Positions 26,230 to 35,249 of a stretch of DNA of 38,629 bases are shown piece by piece; position 1 is the first letter of the stretch; the number at the start of each line of letters is the position of its first letter. The DNA lies in IMG/VR virus record IMGVR_UViG_3300007363_002496, positions 1 through 38,629 of that record; one strand, written 5' to 3'. The DNA is from a virus. Taxonomy: Duplodnaviria; Caudoviricetes. Position numbers and translations under genes: made by a program. The notes under the pieces are model-generated. The model ran no database searches, was not told where the DNA came from, and saw only the letters and a program-made list of their open reading frames with translations.

Positions 26230-27585
26230 ATGACACAACGTTTAAAAGTAAGAGATATGGGGCAGTCGGCCTTCTTTGATGGCTCGACTAACGGCCTTCA
26301 ACTACCTGGCTACACTCCCCCAGCATCTTTTTCTTTTGCGTTTTGGATTAAAGTCCGGAAGTACGTTGCATCAGATCGTATTTTTGACTTTTCTAATAGT
26401 GGCCCATCAAACGGTTTTTCATTCTTACTTGATGCCAATAGGAAATTTCTGTTTAACATCTTCAATGGAGCTTCAGCAGAAGTGGCTATCGTATCACCAG
26501 AAGAAGTACAACTACGCAAGTGGTATCACGTAGCTGTTACTGTAGAAGCAAACTCAGCCAAGCTCTACATCAATGGGGCACTGGTCGCTACTGATACGGC
26601 TTTTACCATGACCGCACCAACCGCTATGACTCCTACAATCGGTAAGCGTAGTGCCGCTGCTTCAAACTACACTGGCGCAAATATCAAGCAATTCATCTTT
26701 GCCGAACGTGTACTGACATTACCTGAAATAGCAAACCATTGTTTCGAAGGCATTAACCCAATCAATCTGAAGTACAAGATTGATTTTAATGGTGTTTCTA
26801 CCGATGAATACGGCAACACTACCACTGATGTGGGTACTCTGGCTTACCGAACTGATTCACCAGTTACTTTACGAACTACTACTACCAGTAGAAGTAACGC
26901 TCAGTCGCGTGTGTCGACTCAAGATATGGGCACTATGCTTCGCTTCGATGGGGTAGACGACCAAGTGACAACACCACTAACCAGTGCAAAATTTGACCCA
27001 ACTCAACCATACACTATCACTTTTGACTTAATGGATATTCCGTTTGTCACTACGTCACTTGGTATTGCTGGAATGTGGCTAGCGTCTGCTGGCCAAAGAA
27101 ACTTTGGTATTTTGATAGGTTCTACTAGACGAGTTTCTTTTGTGATTCGAAACTCTGTAGATGCTTCAATTAATTCTGACGCTGCAGTATCAGTCCGCAG
27201 ATCAATGAGAAACTTTGTTGCAGTTAGATTTGATGGTACAAACATGCAAGTGTATGTAAATGGAACCTGGAACACACCAACAGCTATAATTCCAGCCGCA
27301 GCCGGAGCGCAAGCTATCTTAATCGGTCGAGCTAATTCAGCCGCAAATCCTTTTTATAAAGGCCGTATTGATAACTTTAGAGTATTTCAAAAAGGATTGT
27401 CTGATGCTGAAATAGACAACTTGAACTACATGAACATAGTACCTGAAGAGATACTAGCTCAATATCTTTTTGACGAAGCTAGCGGATCAACTGCCCTCGA
27501 TACTTCAGGAAATGGGAATGATGCCACTATTGTCGGCGCTACCTACACAACTGACGTTCCGCTTCGTCTACGCACAACGGCATAG
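26230..27585 (+). CDS. Tandem LamG/concanavalin-A-like lectin domain protein
   Basis: FSFAFWIK, KWYHVAVT...KLYINGALV; FDGVDDQV, QVYVNG, YKGRIDNFRVFQKGLSDAEI, ALDTSGNGNDAT. Confidence 0.9.
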   Translation: MTQRLKVRDMGQSAFFDGSTNGLQLPGYTPPASFSFAFWIKVRKYVASDRIFDFSNSGPSNGFSFLLDANRKFLFNIFNGASAEVAIVSPEEVQLRKWYHVAVTVEANSAKLYINGALVATDTAFTMTAPTAMTPTIGKRSAAASNYTGANIKQFIFAERVLTLPEIANHCFEGINPINLKYKIDFNGVSTDEYGNTTTDVGTLAYRTDSPVTLRTTTTSRSNAQSRVSTQDMGTMLRFDGVDDQVTTPLTSAKFDPTQPYTITFDLMDIPFVTTSLGIAGMWLASAGQRNFGILIGSTRRVSFVIRNSVDASINSDAAVSVRRSMRNFVAVRFDGTNMQVYVNGTWNTPTAIIPAAAGAQAILIGRANSAANPFYKGRIDNFRVFQKGLSDAEIDNLNYMNIVPEEILAQYLFDEASGSTALDTSGNGNDATIVGATYTTDVPLRLRTTA

Positions 27586-27587
27586 CT

Positions 27588-28277
27588 ATGGCTGAACAAC
27601 CACGCAGACTCTCAGAAACACTATCAAAGTACCGTGAAGACAATGTACTGATTCTTAAAGAGCAAATTGATGATTTAGAGCGTGATCTCCCGCAGCGTTT
27701 AAAGGTACGTGAAGATTTAGAAGCAGACATTGTCACACTTACCGAAAAGAAAACCACGCTAGAAACTGATATACGCCAGCTTGATATTAAGTGCACTGAT
27801 TTATTTGATGAGAAGACAGAGCTACATAGCGCTGTAGTGGCGCTAAAGTCCGATGTTTCAAGGCTCGAGTCACTACAAGCAGATTTGAAAACAAAGACTG
27901 CCAATCTGACCAAGGTAACTGAAGATATAAAGCGCCTTGAAGTTTATTTACGTGATCTCAATGAATCAATCCGGATAGCTGAAACCACACTAAAGGTATG
28001 TAACGTGAAGCTCAACAGCTTTAATGAGCGTGAAGCAGCAGTATCGGCTCGAGAAATTGCGGTGGCTGAGCGCGAAAAAGAAGCGGAAGCCAAGCTTTCA
28101 CACGCTCAAACTATTAATGAAGACACGACCAAAAAGAATAATGAAATGATAGAACGCCAAAGGATTCTTGATTTAGGCGGGAAAACAATGGGCCATTACA
28201 TTCGTGGTGTACAGGAAGTCTTTGATAAAAAAGGCATCAAGATAGATTTTCATCAACTTATCTCCGATATTAAGTAG
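27588..28277 (+). CDS. Coiled-coil protein
   Basis: Continuous heptad pattern, 229 aa. Confidence 0.75.
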   Translation: MAEQPRRLSETLSKYREDNVLILKEQIDDLERDLPQRLKVREDLEADIVTLTEKKTTLETDIRQLDIKCTDLFDEKTELHSAVVALKSDVSRLESLQADLKTKTANLTKVTEDIKRLEVYLRDLNESIRIAETTLKVCNVKLNSFNEREAAVSAREIAVAEREKEAEAKLSHAQTINEDTTKKNNEMIERQRILDLGGKTMGHYIRGVQEVFDKKGIKIDFHQLISDIK

Positions 28278-28304
28278 ACCAAAAAGCACTCAAGAGCTTA
28301 TACT
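28275..28304 (+). promoter_or_regulatory. GACCAA-class promoter, leaderless
   Basis: TAGACC-AAAA, 18 bp, TATACT, 6 nt, ATG 28311. Confidence 0.8.
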
Positions 28305-28310
28305 AATCAC

Positions 28311-30137
28311 ATGAGATACGATATCTTTGCCGAACTTCAAAAAGAAATTGATGATTTCGACACGGGCGGGTATTACATTACCGGTGAGCCTAAAAGTAAA
28401 ACTGGCTATGGTGATCCAGGCCAGAAGGGTAAGAAGGGTGGCTACTACTACAGCCAGAAAGATACGCTTGAATCCATCGATATGGCTTCGGCTTCAAAGT
28501 ACAAGAAGGGAATCTATGACACTGAAGGCCAGCGCAAAACCTTCATCAACGTAGTGAACTTCTACCGAGACGTGATGAAGATGAAGATCATCATTAAGGT
28601 ATCAAACTACATTTTTGAGCCACGTAAGCTTGCCTATGAATGGCCAGTCTGGTCCCTCAAACAAGAATTCAGCATCTTCGCCGATGAGGAATCTTATGAT
28701 GATGAACTTCAAGACCGTGCTAATGACCTTTCCACTTACGGTAGTGTAGTCTCAAAGCGTGCTGCCTACTGTACTGAGCGCGTGCCACTTCGAACGCTAC
28801 GTAATACACAGTCCGCTAAATCTCTTTACCATGCTGCATCTACTGGAGGGTACGTGATTATAGAAGACGACAAACACTACAATGAAATGGCTGAGTACCC
28901 AGATTGGGATCTTGACGGACTTGCTAAGCACAAGAGCTACAATACTTTTGAACGGTACGCCTTGGTGCCTAAATCACTGTATGAAAACGAAGGTTGGAAA
29001 GAAAATGGTGGCGTAATTGAAAACGTAAAAGACGATGAAGACTGGATATTAGTCCAAGCCGTTTTGATTCCTGATGAAAAAGATATTAAAAACCGTGGCA
29101 AATTCACCAGCGGTAAAATTGTGTGGATGGAAATGGTAGATGAAGACTCATGGCCACTTGATGAGTGTCACACTGAGCGCATCGATGGTCGCTGGCTTGG
29201 CCGTGGTGAAATAGAAAAGCAGCTTGAAAACCAGATTGCACGTAACCTTACGGCTAACCTACGCCGCCGTGGACTCCTATGGGCTACCAAGAAAATCTAC
29301 CAATCATCTGATGAGGAAGTACAATCACAGCTTTTGATGGAAGTGAAAGACGGTGAAGTGGTGTACGTGAAGCCAAATGGCACCATCACACAAATCAATA
29401 CGCAAAGCCAGCAGCTCAATGAATTCAGCAGTGATGAAGCATCTTGGAAAGAAAACAGCCAGCAAAACGCTTTTGCTTTCAATATCGCTACCGGCGAGAA
29501 CATGCCATCTGGTACATCTTTCAGTCTGGGTGTGGTGCTCGATAAAGCGGTATCATCCCACTTCACTGCGGTCCGTAACCGATTCAGTAACTACCTCAAG
29601 CGAGATTTCTTCAACCAGCTTATCGAAGTATTTAAGGAAGAATACGCTGAAGAGCATGAGCGCCCAATCAACATGTCGAGTGATGATATCGAAGCGTTTC
29701 GTGATTCAGTGATTATTTTCCACGCTAATGAGCGCTACTTTGATGCACTCGCCAAGCGTAAGAACCCACGGATGGAACAGATCCGCGCTCAAGTAGAAGA
29801 GGAACTAATGAAGAGTCCGTATGTATTCCTCACGATTCCTGATGACTTCTATGAAAACGCTATTTTCTACATGAAGCTGAACATCGATGATGATATTGGT
29901 CCGGATATCCAGACACTCACTACCATTTACACCACTATGGAACAGAAGGGTGATCCACGCTCTGAAGTGGTACTACGCCAAATCCTTTCAAAGCAAGGTA
30001 AGAGCTTAACCGCTATTGCTGGCAAAAAGCCCGCACCAGTGGCTCCAATCGCTCCTAATGGTCCTCAAGGCGGTCCAGGCCAATCAGTACCTTCACCAAT
30101 GAATCCGGGCGCACCAGCGGCTGAAGTAACTCAGTAG
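28311..30137 (+). CDS. Portal protein (P22/podovirus-like)
   Basis: 608 aa; FINVV, TYGSVVSK, GRWLGRGEIE.QLENQIARN, TGENMPSGT; Pro-rich tail; between terminase and scaffold/capsid. Confidence 0.85.
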   Translation: MRYDIFAELQKEIDDFDTGGYYITGEPKSKTGYGDPGQKGKKGGYYYSQKDTLESIDMASASKYKKGIYDTEGQRKTFINVVNFYRDVMKMKIIIKVSNYIFEPRKLAYEWPVWSLKQEFSIFADEESYDDELQDRANDLSTYGSVVSKRAAYCTERVPLRTLRNTQSAKSLYHAASTGGYVIIEDDKHYNEMAEYPDWDLDGLAKHKSYNTFERYALVPKSLYENEGWKENGGVIENVKDDEDWILVQAVLIPDEKDIKNRGKFTSGKIVWMEMVDEDSWPLDECHTERIDGRWLGRGEIEKQLENQIARNLTANLRRRGLLWATKKIYQSSDEEVQSQLLMEVKDGEVVYVKPNGTITQINTQSQQLNEFSSDEASWKENSQQNAFAFNIATGENMPSGTSFSLGVVLDKAVSSHFTAVRNRFSNYLKRDFFNQLIEVFKEEYAEEHERPINMSSDDIEAFRDSVIIFHANERYFDALAKRKNPRMEQIRAQVEEELMKSPYVFLTIPDDFYENAIFYMKLNIDDDIGPDIQTLTTIYTTMEQKGDPRSEVVLRQILSKQGKSLTAIAGKKPAPVAPIAPNGPQGGPGQSVPSPMNPGAPAAEVTQ

Positions 30138-30138
30138 T

Positions 30139-30393
30139 ATGAAACTCAACGACTATCAAAAGAAATTTCTTCAAGATTTGGGCCGGAATGATACTGGTCG
30201 CAATTTAGTAGAAATCTTACTGGAATCCAAACGATACTACTCATCCATTGATACCATCGACACTTCACGTCCAACAGATTCACAAATCGAAGGCCGTAAG
30301 CTCTTTGCTGAATTCATTGACATCATGATCAGTGCCATCCAAACCCAAAAGCACAATCCACGACCAATCGCACAAGATGATTTTACCTCTTAA
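30139..30393 (+). CDS. Small portal-linked protein (Bbp19-like)
   Basis: 84 aa, GRNLVEIL...EGRK, in the usual slot after the portal. Confidence 0.55.
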   Translation: MKLNDYQKKFLQDLGRNDTGRNLVEILLESKRYYSSIDTIDTSRPTDSQIEGRKLFAEFIDIMISAIQTQKHNPRPIAQDDFTS

Positions 30394-30406
30394 CTACAGC
30401 TATTGT

Positions 30407-30436
30407 TTGACCAGAAAACAGCTATCGCTATACACT
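30407..30436 (+). promoter_or_regulatory. GACCAA-class promoter (scaffold/capsid)
   Basis: TTGACC-AGAA, 18 bp, TACACT. Confidence 0.7.
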
Positions 30437-30498
30437 GGTGCTAGGACAGCGGCTCTCCATACCAAACCGCCATTTGTAAAATAAAATATAACCATCAC

Positions 30499-31119
30499 AT
30501 GCTATTCGCAAACGATGAGCACGACACAGATCGTGACGAAGACATCGACGCTGACGATGAAAAAGACAGCGAAGAAGAGGACGATTCCGAAGAAGAGGAC
30601 GAGGATATTGATGCTGACGACTCTGAAGATTCCGATGAGGAAGAAGAAGAGGACGAAGACAATAAGCCAGTTACTCGGAAGGAATTGCGCGAGATGCTTC
30701 AAGGTAAGAAGAACGCTCGCAACGCTGCCGACCGTGTTTCCAAAAAGAAGGGTCGGGATACCAGACAGCCATCAGAAACGGATAAGCGACTGGAAGCCCT
30801 AGAAAAGAAAACCAACGAAGCGTTGGTCCTTGAAAAGAAGCGTACCTTTGGTTACGAGAACAACCTGTCGCCGAAGCAAGTAAACTACGTCTTTCGCCTT
30901 ACCAAGCGACCGACTGCCAGTTTTTTAGCAAAGCCACACGTTAAAGCCGCACTTGATGCCATCAAAGCTCAAGAGAATGTGAGCCGAAATACGCCAACCG
31001 GAAGCGGGAAGCGCCCACGTGGTGGTGAGTCTAAGAAATGGACTGAGTTGAAACCTGAAGAGCGACAGGCATCACTAGCGGATCGCCGCCGTGAAATTCT
31101 TGCAAACAAAGGCCGGTAA
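30499..31119 (+). CDS. Scaffolding protein
   Basis: Very acidic N-terminus, coiled middle, basic C-terminus; directly before the capsid gene. Confidence 0.8.
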   Translation: MLFANDEHDTDRDEDIDADDEKDSEEEDDSEEEDEDIDADDSEDSDEEEEEDEDNKPVTRKELREMLQGKKNARNAADRVSKKKGRDTRQPSETDKRLEALEKKTNEALVLEKKRTFGYENNLSPKQVNYVFRLTKRPTASFLAKPHVKAALDAIKAQENVSRNTPTGSGKRPRGGESKKWTELKPEERQASLADRRREILANKGR

Positions 31120-31154
31120 TTTACTGGATTTGATGGCATAAACTAAACATTACA

Positions 31155-32111
31155 ATGTTTTTCTTTGCCTTCGACAATCCAACAGCAGCGTTCACCGCTG
31201 CGGATGTAGCTGCAAGTACTCCAGAAATCTGGGGTGACTACATCATGGAACCAAACTTCCCAAAGGCTGTGTTCGCTAACTTCTTCACCGATCTTACGTA
31301 CCTAGCTGAAGAGGAAGGGGACGTGATTCACGTTCCAGACATCTACACCAACACGTTTTCTGCTTCAACGCAGAGCACGCAGGGTAACGGTGTAGTTGAC
31401 CAAAGCCCTGCACAAGTCGATGTCACTTTGAACATCGACACCCACGCTTACGTAGCCTGGCTCTTCGGAGACAAGACTATTAAGCAACTCGCCAATAAGG
31501 AAAAGCTTAACGAAGCGTATGCCCGCGAAGCTAAAAACGTCCTTATGGTTGAGCTTGAAGATGCACTTGCTGCATTGTGGTCATCTCTCTCCACTAACGT
31601 GATCGGAGATACTACAACCGTTCTTTCAGATGCTGAGATCCGAGATGCTATCAACGCGCTTGATACGCTCGATTACGACCTCACTGAAACAGCGTTCTTC
31701 TTCCATCCGTTCGTATTCTGGACACAGCTTGGCGGTATCGCTAAGTACTACAGTCAATACAGCTCAAACTTCAACTTCATCCGCCAGGGTAACTTCGGTC
31801 CGGGTGATCAAAGTCGAGGATTGCGCGGTGTGCTGTATGACCAGCCATGTTACGTCACTTCACGTGTAGTATCTGGTCTCCAGACTTACCGTAACCTTTT
31901 CGCTCACAAGAGTGCATTTGGATACGCACGTCAGACACCTGGCGTGGGCGGTGGAATGGGAATGTCTGCAAATGGCATCCGAATCCAAGCCGACTACCTA
32001 CTTCAGAACCTTGGTATGCTTACCGTGGTCGACATGATGTACGGTGTAGCTGTGCTTCGAGAACAAGCAGCAGTTGTCGTCAACGCCAACAGTACAGCCA
32101 AGACTAGCTAA
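31155..32111 (+). CDS. Major capsid protein (HK97 fold, P22/T7-like)
   Basis: TPEIW, EGDVIHVP, VTLNIDT, FFFHP, FAHKSAFGYA, DMMYGVAVLR. Confidence 0.92.
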   Translation: MFFFAFDNPTAAFTAADVAASTPEIWGDYIMEPNFPKAVFANFFTDLTYLAEEEGDVIHVPDIYTNTFSASTQSTQGNGVVDQSPAQVDVTLNIDTHAYVAWLFGDKTIKQLANKEKLNEAYAREAKNVLMVELEDALAALWSSLSTNVIGDTTTVLSDAEIRDAINALDTLDYDLTETAFFFHPFVFWTQLGGIAKYYSQYSSNFNFIRQGNFGPGDQSRGLRGVLYDQPCYVTSRVVSGLQTYRNLFAHKSAFGYARQTPGVGGGMGMSANGIRIQADYLLQNLGMLTVVDMMYGVAVLREQAAVVVNANSTAKTS

Positions 32112-32160
32112 CCAATAGTCTCAGTCTATACTGAAAGTCGCCGAAAGGTGGCTTACAGGA

Positions 32161-32184
32161 AATCCCCATTACCGGGGATTTTTT
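32161..32184 (+). terminator. Intrinsic terminator after the capsid gene
   Basis: AATCCCC-ATTACC-GGGGATT followed by a T run. Confidence 0.8.
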
Positions 32185-32200
32185 GTATGTGCATAACGTG

Positions 32201-32232
32201 GGGATAGCGATAGCGGTATCTTATGATACAAT
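32201..32232 (+). promoter_or_regulatory. GGGATA-class promoter, leaderless
   Basis: GGGATAGCGATAGCGGTATC..TG-A-TACAAT, 6 nt, ATG 32239. Confidence 0.7.
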
Positions 32233-32238
32233 TCTGGT

Positions 32239-32895
32239 ATGTCTGATCTCGATAAAGAGAAAGAGGAGTTACGGTCACAAGATTTGTCACCGGAAATGAT
32301 GGCACGTGCCACTGCACCAAAGAAAACATGGTTTTTCAAGCGCTTAGGAGATGGAAAAGTATTTGCCTGTGAAGAGCGTGAAGCTTGGCAAATTGTATAC
32401 AACCGTTCAACTTGGAAGCGCCGTGACTTTCAGCTACTTGGTACATCTGATGGTACTACCTATCACCGCATCACAAAGGAATCAATGGCAGAAGCACACC
32501 AGCTTGCACCCGAAATTGATAAGAAGAAAGCCGAACTACAACGCTACATGGATGCTGAAGAGAAGCTAGTGGTGGATGAAGCGGTCGATATGGAAGGTGA
32601 TCCGACTGATGTGGTAAACGAAGGTAATAAGCAAAAGGTGATCCGGCTTCGAAACATCATGGATCGTTTGCACAGAGAACTCGACACCATGGAAGCCCGA
32701 TATCGTGAAGTGACAGCCAGCGTAGTGAAGCGAGCGACTGATGCTGAAATGGAAGTCGCAATTGCCAATCAGAAGGCACGTATTGCACAGGGGCTAGATG
32801 TCGACTGGCCTGATGAAAACTTGAATATTCAAACACCAGCCGGAAGCCACAAGCCACGGAATAAGATCCTTGGTATTCTTGAAGGTAGACGATAA
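32239..32895 (+). CDS. Hypothetical protein
   Basis: 218-aa ORF with a coiled-coil C-terminal half. Confidence 0.75.
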   Translation: MSDLDKEKEELRSQDLSPEMMARATAPKKTWFFKRLGDGKVFACEEREAWQIVYNRSTWKRRDFQLLGTSDGTTYHRITKESMAEAHQLAPEIDKKKAELQRYMDAEEKLVVDEAVDMEGDPTDVVNEGNKQKVIRLRNIMDRLHRELDTMEARYREVTASVVKRATDAEMEVAIANQKARIAQGLDVDWPDENLNIQTPAGSHKPRNKILGILEGRR

Positions 32896-32900
32896 ACATC

Positions 32901-33401
32901 ATGCGAAAAAAGCACTTACGAGTCATCCAGATGATCCAAGAGGGTATCCCGAAGGAGCTTTTGATGCGGCTCACTAAAAAGGAAATCCAGGCACCTACCA
33001 TCAAGAAGGTATTTGAATTGGCACTCACAAAGCCAGATGATGAAGTCTCACCACGCCAGAAGCGGAATATCCAAGCCATGCTGGATTCCGGCCGGCTGGA
33101 TAGGGAAGTGGAAGTACTTGATCATGAAGTCGAAAAACAAATTGACGAGTATATCGCAGGGGAAATTGCCAAAGCAGTGAAGCTTGGGCGACTACCAAAG
33201 GAAGCACCAAAATTAAAACGATTACAATCTAAAGGTATTCAATATGCAAAACGGCAAGAAAAGCGGCTCAGACGTGAGTTTCTGGGCGAAGGTATCGATG
33301 TGGATGCAGCTTCGAAGGATGATCAAGAAGACCAAGCAGAGCATCCGACACGCTCATCTAACGATGAAACTCTACCAATCCCTAGCGCAGCAATACTCTA
33401 G
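32901..33401 (+). CDS. Hypothetical protein
   Basis: 166-aa charged ORF. Confidence 0.7.
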   Translation: MRKKHLRVIQMIQEGIPKELLMRLTKKEIQAPTIKKVFELALTKPDDEVSPRQKRNIQAMLDSGRLDREVEVLDHEVEKQIDEYIAGEIAKAVKLGRLPKEAPKLKRLQSKGIQYAKRQEKRLRREFLGEGIDVDAASKDDQEDQAEHPTRSSNDETLPIPSAAIL

Positions 33402-33546
33402 TGACGAGGATAAGAAGAAGCACGCGGATTTGATGATGAAGTACGGCCAAGTGGAAGCATCCGCGATGGCTGAAGAGCGTGCTTTGCGTATCTTCCAGAG
33501 CATCGATTTGAACGACCCAACACTTTACCAGCCAGTAAAAGAATAA
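33244..33546 (+). CDS. Hypothetical protein overlapping the upstream gene
   Basis: 100-aa helical ORF filling 33401-33550. Confidence 0.6.
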   Translation: MQNGKKSGSDVSFWAKVSMWMQLRRMIKKTKQSIRHAHLTMKLYQSLAQQYSSDEDKKKHADLMMKYGQVEASAMAEERALRIFQSIDLNDPTLYQPVKE

Positions 33547-33550
33547 CCAT

Positions 33551-33748
33551 ATGGTATCTTTCATCGCAGTAGTTAAGAACATGGGCCAAAAGTTTTCCTT
33601 CAAGGATGACATGCCCAAGACGACCGTGACTCTCACGCTCGAGATTAAGGATGGTCATGATAACATCCCTAATTTAGCTGAAGTGATCAACTCACCTCTT
33701 GAGTTTGAAATAAAACCTATTCAGCCTGGATTAATTACACAAAAATAG
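33551..33748 (+). CDS. Hypothetical protein
   Basis: 65 aa, tight packing. Confidence 0.65.
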   Translation: MVSFIAVVKNMGQKFSFKDDMPKTTVTLTLEIKDGHDNIPNLAEVINSPLEFEIKPIQPGLITQK

Positions 33749-33750
33749 AT

Positions 33751-33993
33751 ATGAAATACAAGACAAAGCCCTGTGAAATAGAAGCTGTCAAGTATACTGG
33801 CACAAACGGAACTGAGATTTTACGTTTTATGTTTCCAGATATTGAGCCTGATGCTGAATCATTTGATGAGACTATTAAAACTCTTGAAGGTGATATGCAT
33901 TGCTCAGCCGGGGACTACATAATTAAAGGATTAAATGGTGAGTTTTACCCTTGCAAGCCTGATATTTTTGAAAAGAAATACGAAGCTATTTAG
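33751..33993 (+). CDS. Widespread small phage protein (KP..IEA / [18 protein letters not shown] family)
   Basis: IKTLEG.M...[25 protein letters not shown]. Confidence 0.85.
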   Translation: MKYKTKPCEIEAVKYTGTNGTEILRFMFPDIEPDAESFDETIKTLEGDMHCSAGDYIIKGLNGEFYPCKPDIFEKKYEAI

Positions 33994-33995
33994 TC

Positions 33996-35246
33996 ATGAA
34001 AAAAGTTATTGGATACGGCCTATGTGGTCCAGGTGAAGCAGGGAGATACATGCGCGAAACGCTTGAGTGTTTTAAGCGGTTGTGCGATGAAGTGATCATC
34101 CTATGTAACAACTGTGACCAAGCCGAGCTGAATCTAATTGACGAGTACGGCTTCAAGCGGGTGAATGACCGGCGCGAGTGGGGTACGCACCAATGGCGTA
34201 TCAAACAGGATTTTATAGAACGAGACATCAAGCAGATGGCCAATGAAGGCGATGTGCTTGTTTGTTTGGATATGGATGAAGTCCTATCTGAGCGCTGTAC
34301 TAAGGAATGGCTACTCGAAGCTCCACTTGATGCGTATCACGTCTTCATCGTAGATCTTTGGAATGACCCACAACACTTTAAACCGGAGAGCTGCTTCTGG
34401 AATGTCCGGATCTGGAAGTGGAATGGTGAGACTAAATTCAAAGCCAAGCCGGTCCACTGTGGCCTAGCGCCGGAGTGGACATACCACTACCACCGTCATG
34501 CACCTTTTTTGCTGATGCATAAAGGGCTCATGGCTGAATCAGACCGCTTACGCAAAATAAAGCGATACGAGAAGTATGATCCCAACGCTGAACATCTTAG
34601 CCGGGTGTACTATGATATGCTTAAAAGCAATACAGCACGCCCACTGGATGAAAATGCTCTTGCTGACCAGATAGCTGAAGAGGTCGCCACTTATAATCAA
34701 ACTAAACCTAGACAATCTATGGTAAAAAAACCAAAGCCACGTTTCGCCTACGTAAAGAATCCACATGGTGAAGTAGTAGATATTCCAGAAAAGCATTTGG
34801 CTCGCACCCTAAAACAGAAAGGATTTGAATTCATCAATTGGGCTGATGAAGAGCAAGAAGAGATTGAATCGATGTTCGAAGATGATGATGAAGTTGGTGT
34901 GGTCCCAGGATCACGGCCACATCCCGAGGTTTTTAAAACTGACCAAGGCAGCTACCAACGCAGTGCCCAGGATGAGAAGGAAGAAGTAGAAAACTTGAAC
35001 GCTATTACCGATAGGCAAATGGCTGGCTTTTCTGCACCAGTACACACGCCAGTTGATGAAGAAGAGGTGGATGCTATGTTCAATGACGATGAGAAAGAAC
35101 CATCCGGTGAAGCCACTACCGTCACCAGTGAGAACGTAGGTGAAGTGATTAGCGATGCCAAAAATGCAATTGATAGCTTACCGCCAGCACCAAAGAAAAC
35201 CGTAGCTAAAAAGGCTGCTAAGAAAACAGCCGCTAAAAATAAATAG
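33996..35246 (+). CDS. GT2-like glycosyltransferase with long acidic and Lys/Ala-rich C-terminal extension
   Basis: LCDEVIIL, LVCLDMDEVL (DxDE), LMHKG...DRLRKIKRY...DP; tail KKTVAKKAAKKTAAKNK. Confidence 0.85.
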   Translation: MKKVIGYGLCGPGEAGRYMRETLECFKRLCDEVIILCNNCDQAELNLIDEYGFKRVNDRREWGTHQWRIKQDFIERDIKQMANEGDVLVCLDMDEVLSERCTKEWLLEAPLDAYHVFIVDLWNDPQHFKPESCFWNVRIWKWNGETKFKAKPVHCGLAPEWTYHYHRHAPFLLMHKGLMAESDRLRKIKRYEKYDPNAEHLSRVYYDMLKSNTARPLDENALADQIAEEVATYNQTKPRQSMVKKPKPRFAYVKNPHGEVVDIPEKHLARTLKQKGFEFINWADEEQEEIESMFEDDDEVGVVPGSRPHPEVFKTDQGSYQRSAQDEKEEVENLNAITDRQMAGFSAPVHTPVDEEEVDAMFNDDEKEPSGEATTVTSENVGEVISDAKNAIDSLPPAPKKTVAKKAAKKTAAKNK

Positions 35247-35249
35247 CGT

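Noticed and set aside
32131-32163. Hammerhead ribozyme suggested by CTGA...GAAA
   Set aside because: The core reads CTGAAAG rather than CTGANGA, and I could not build the three-stem junction.
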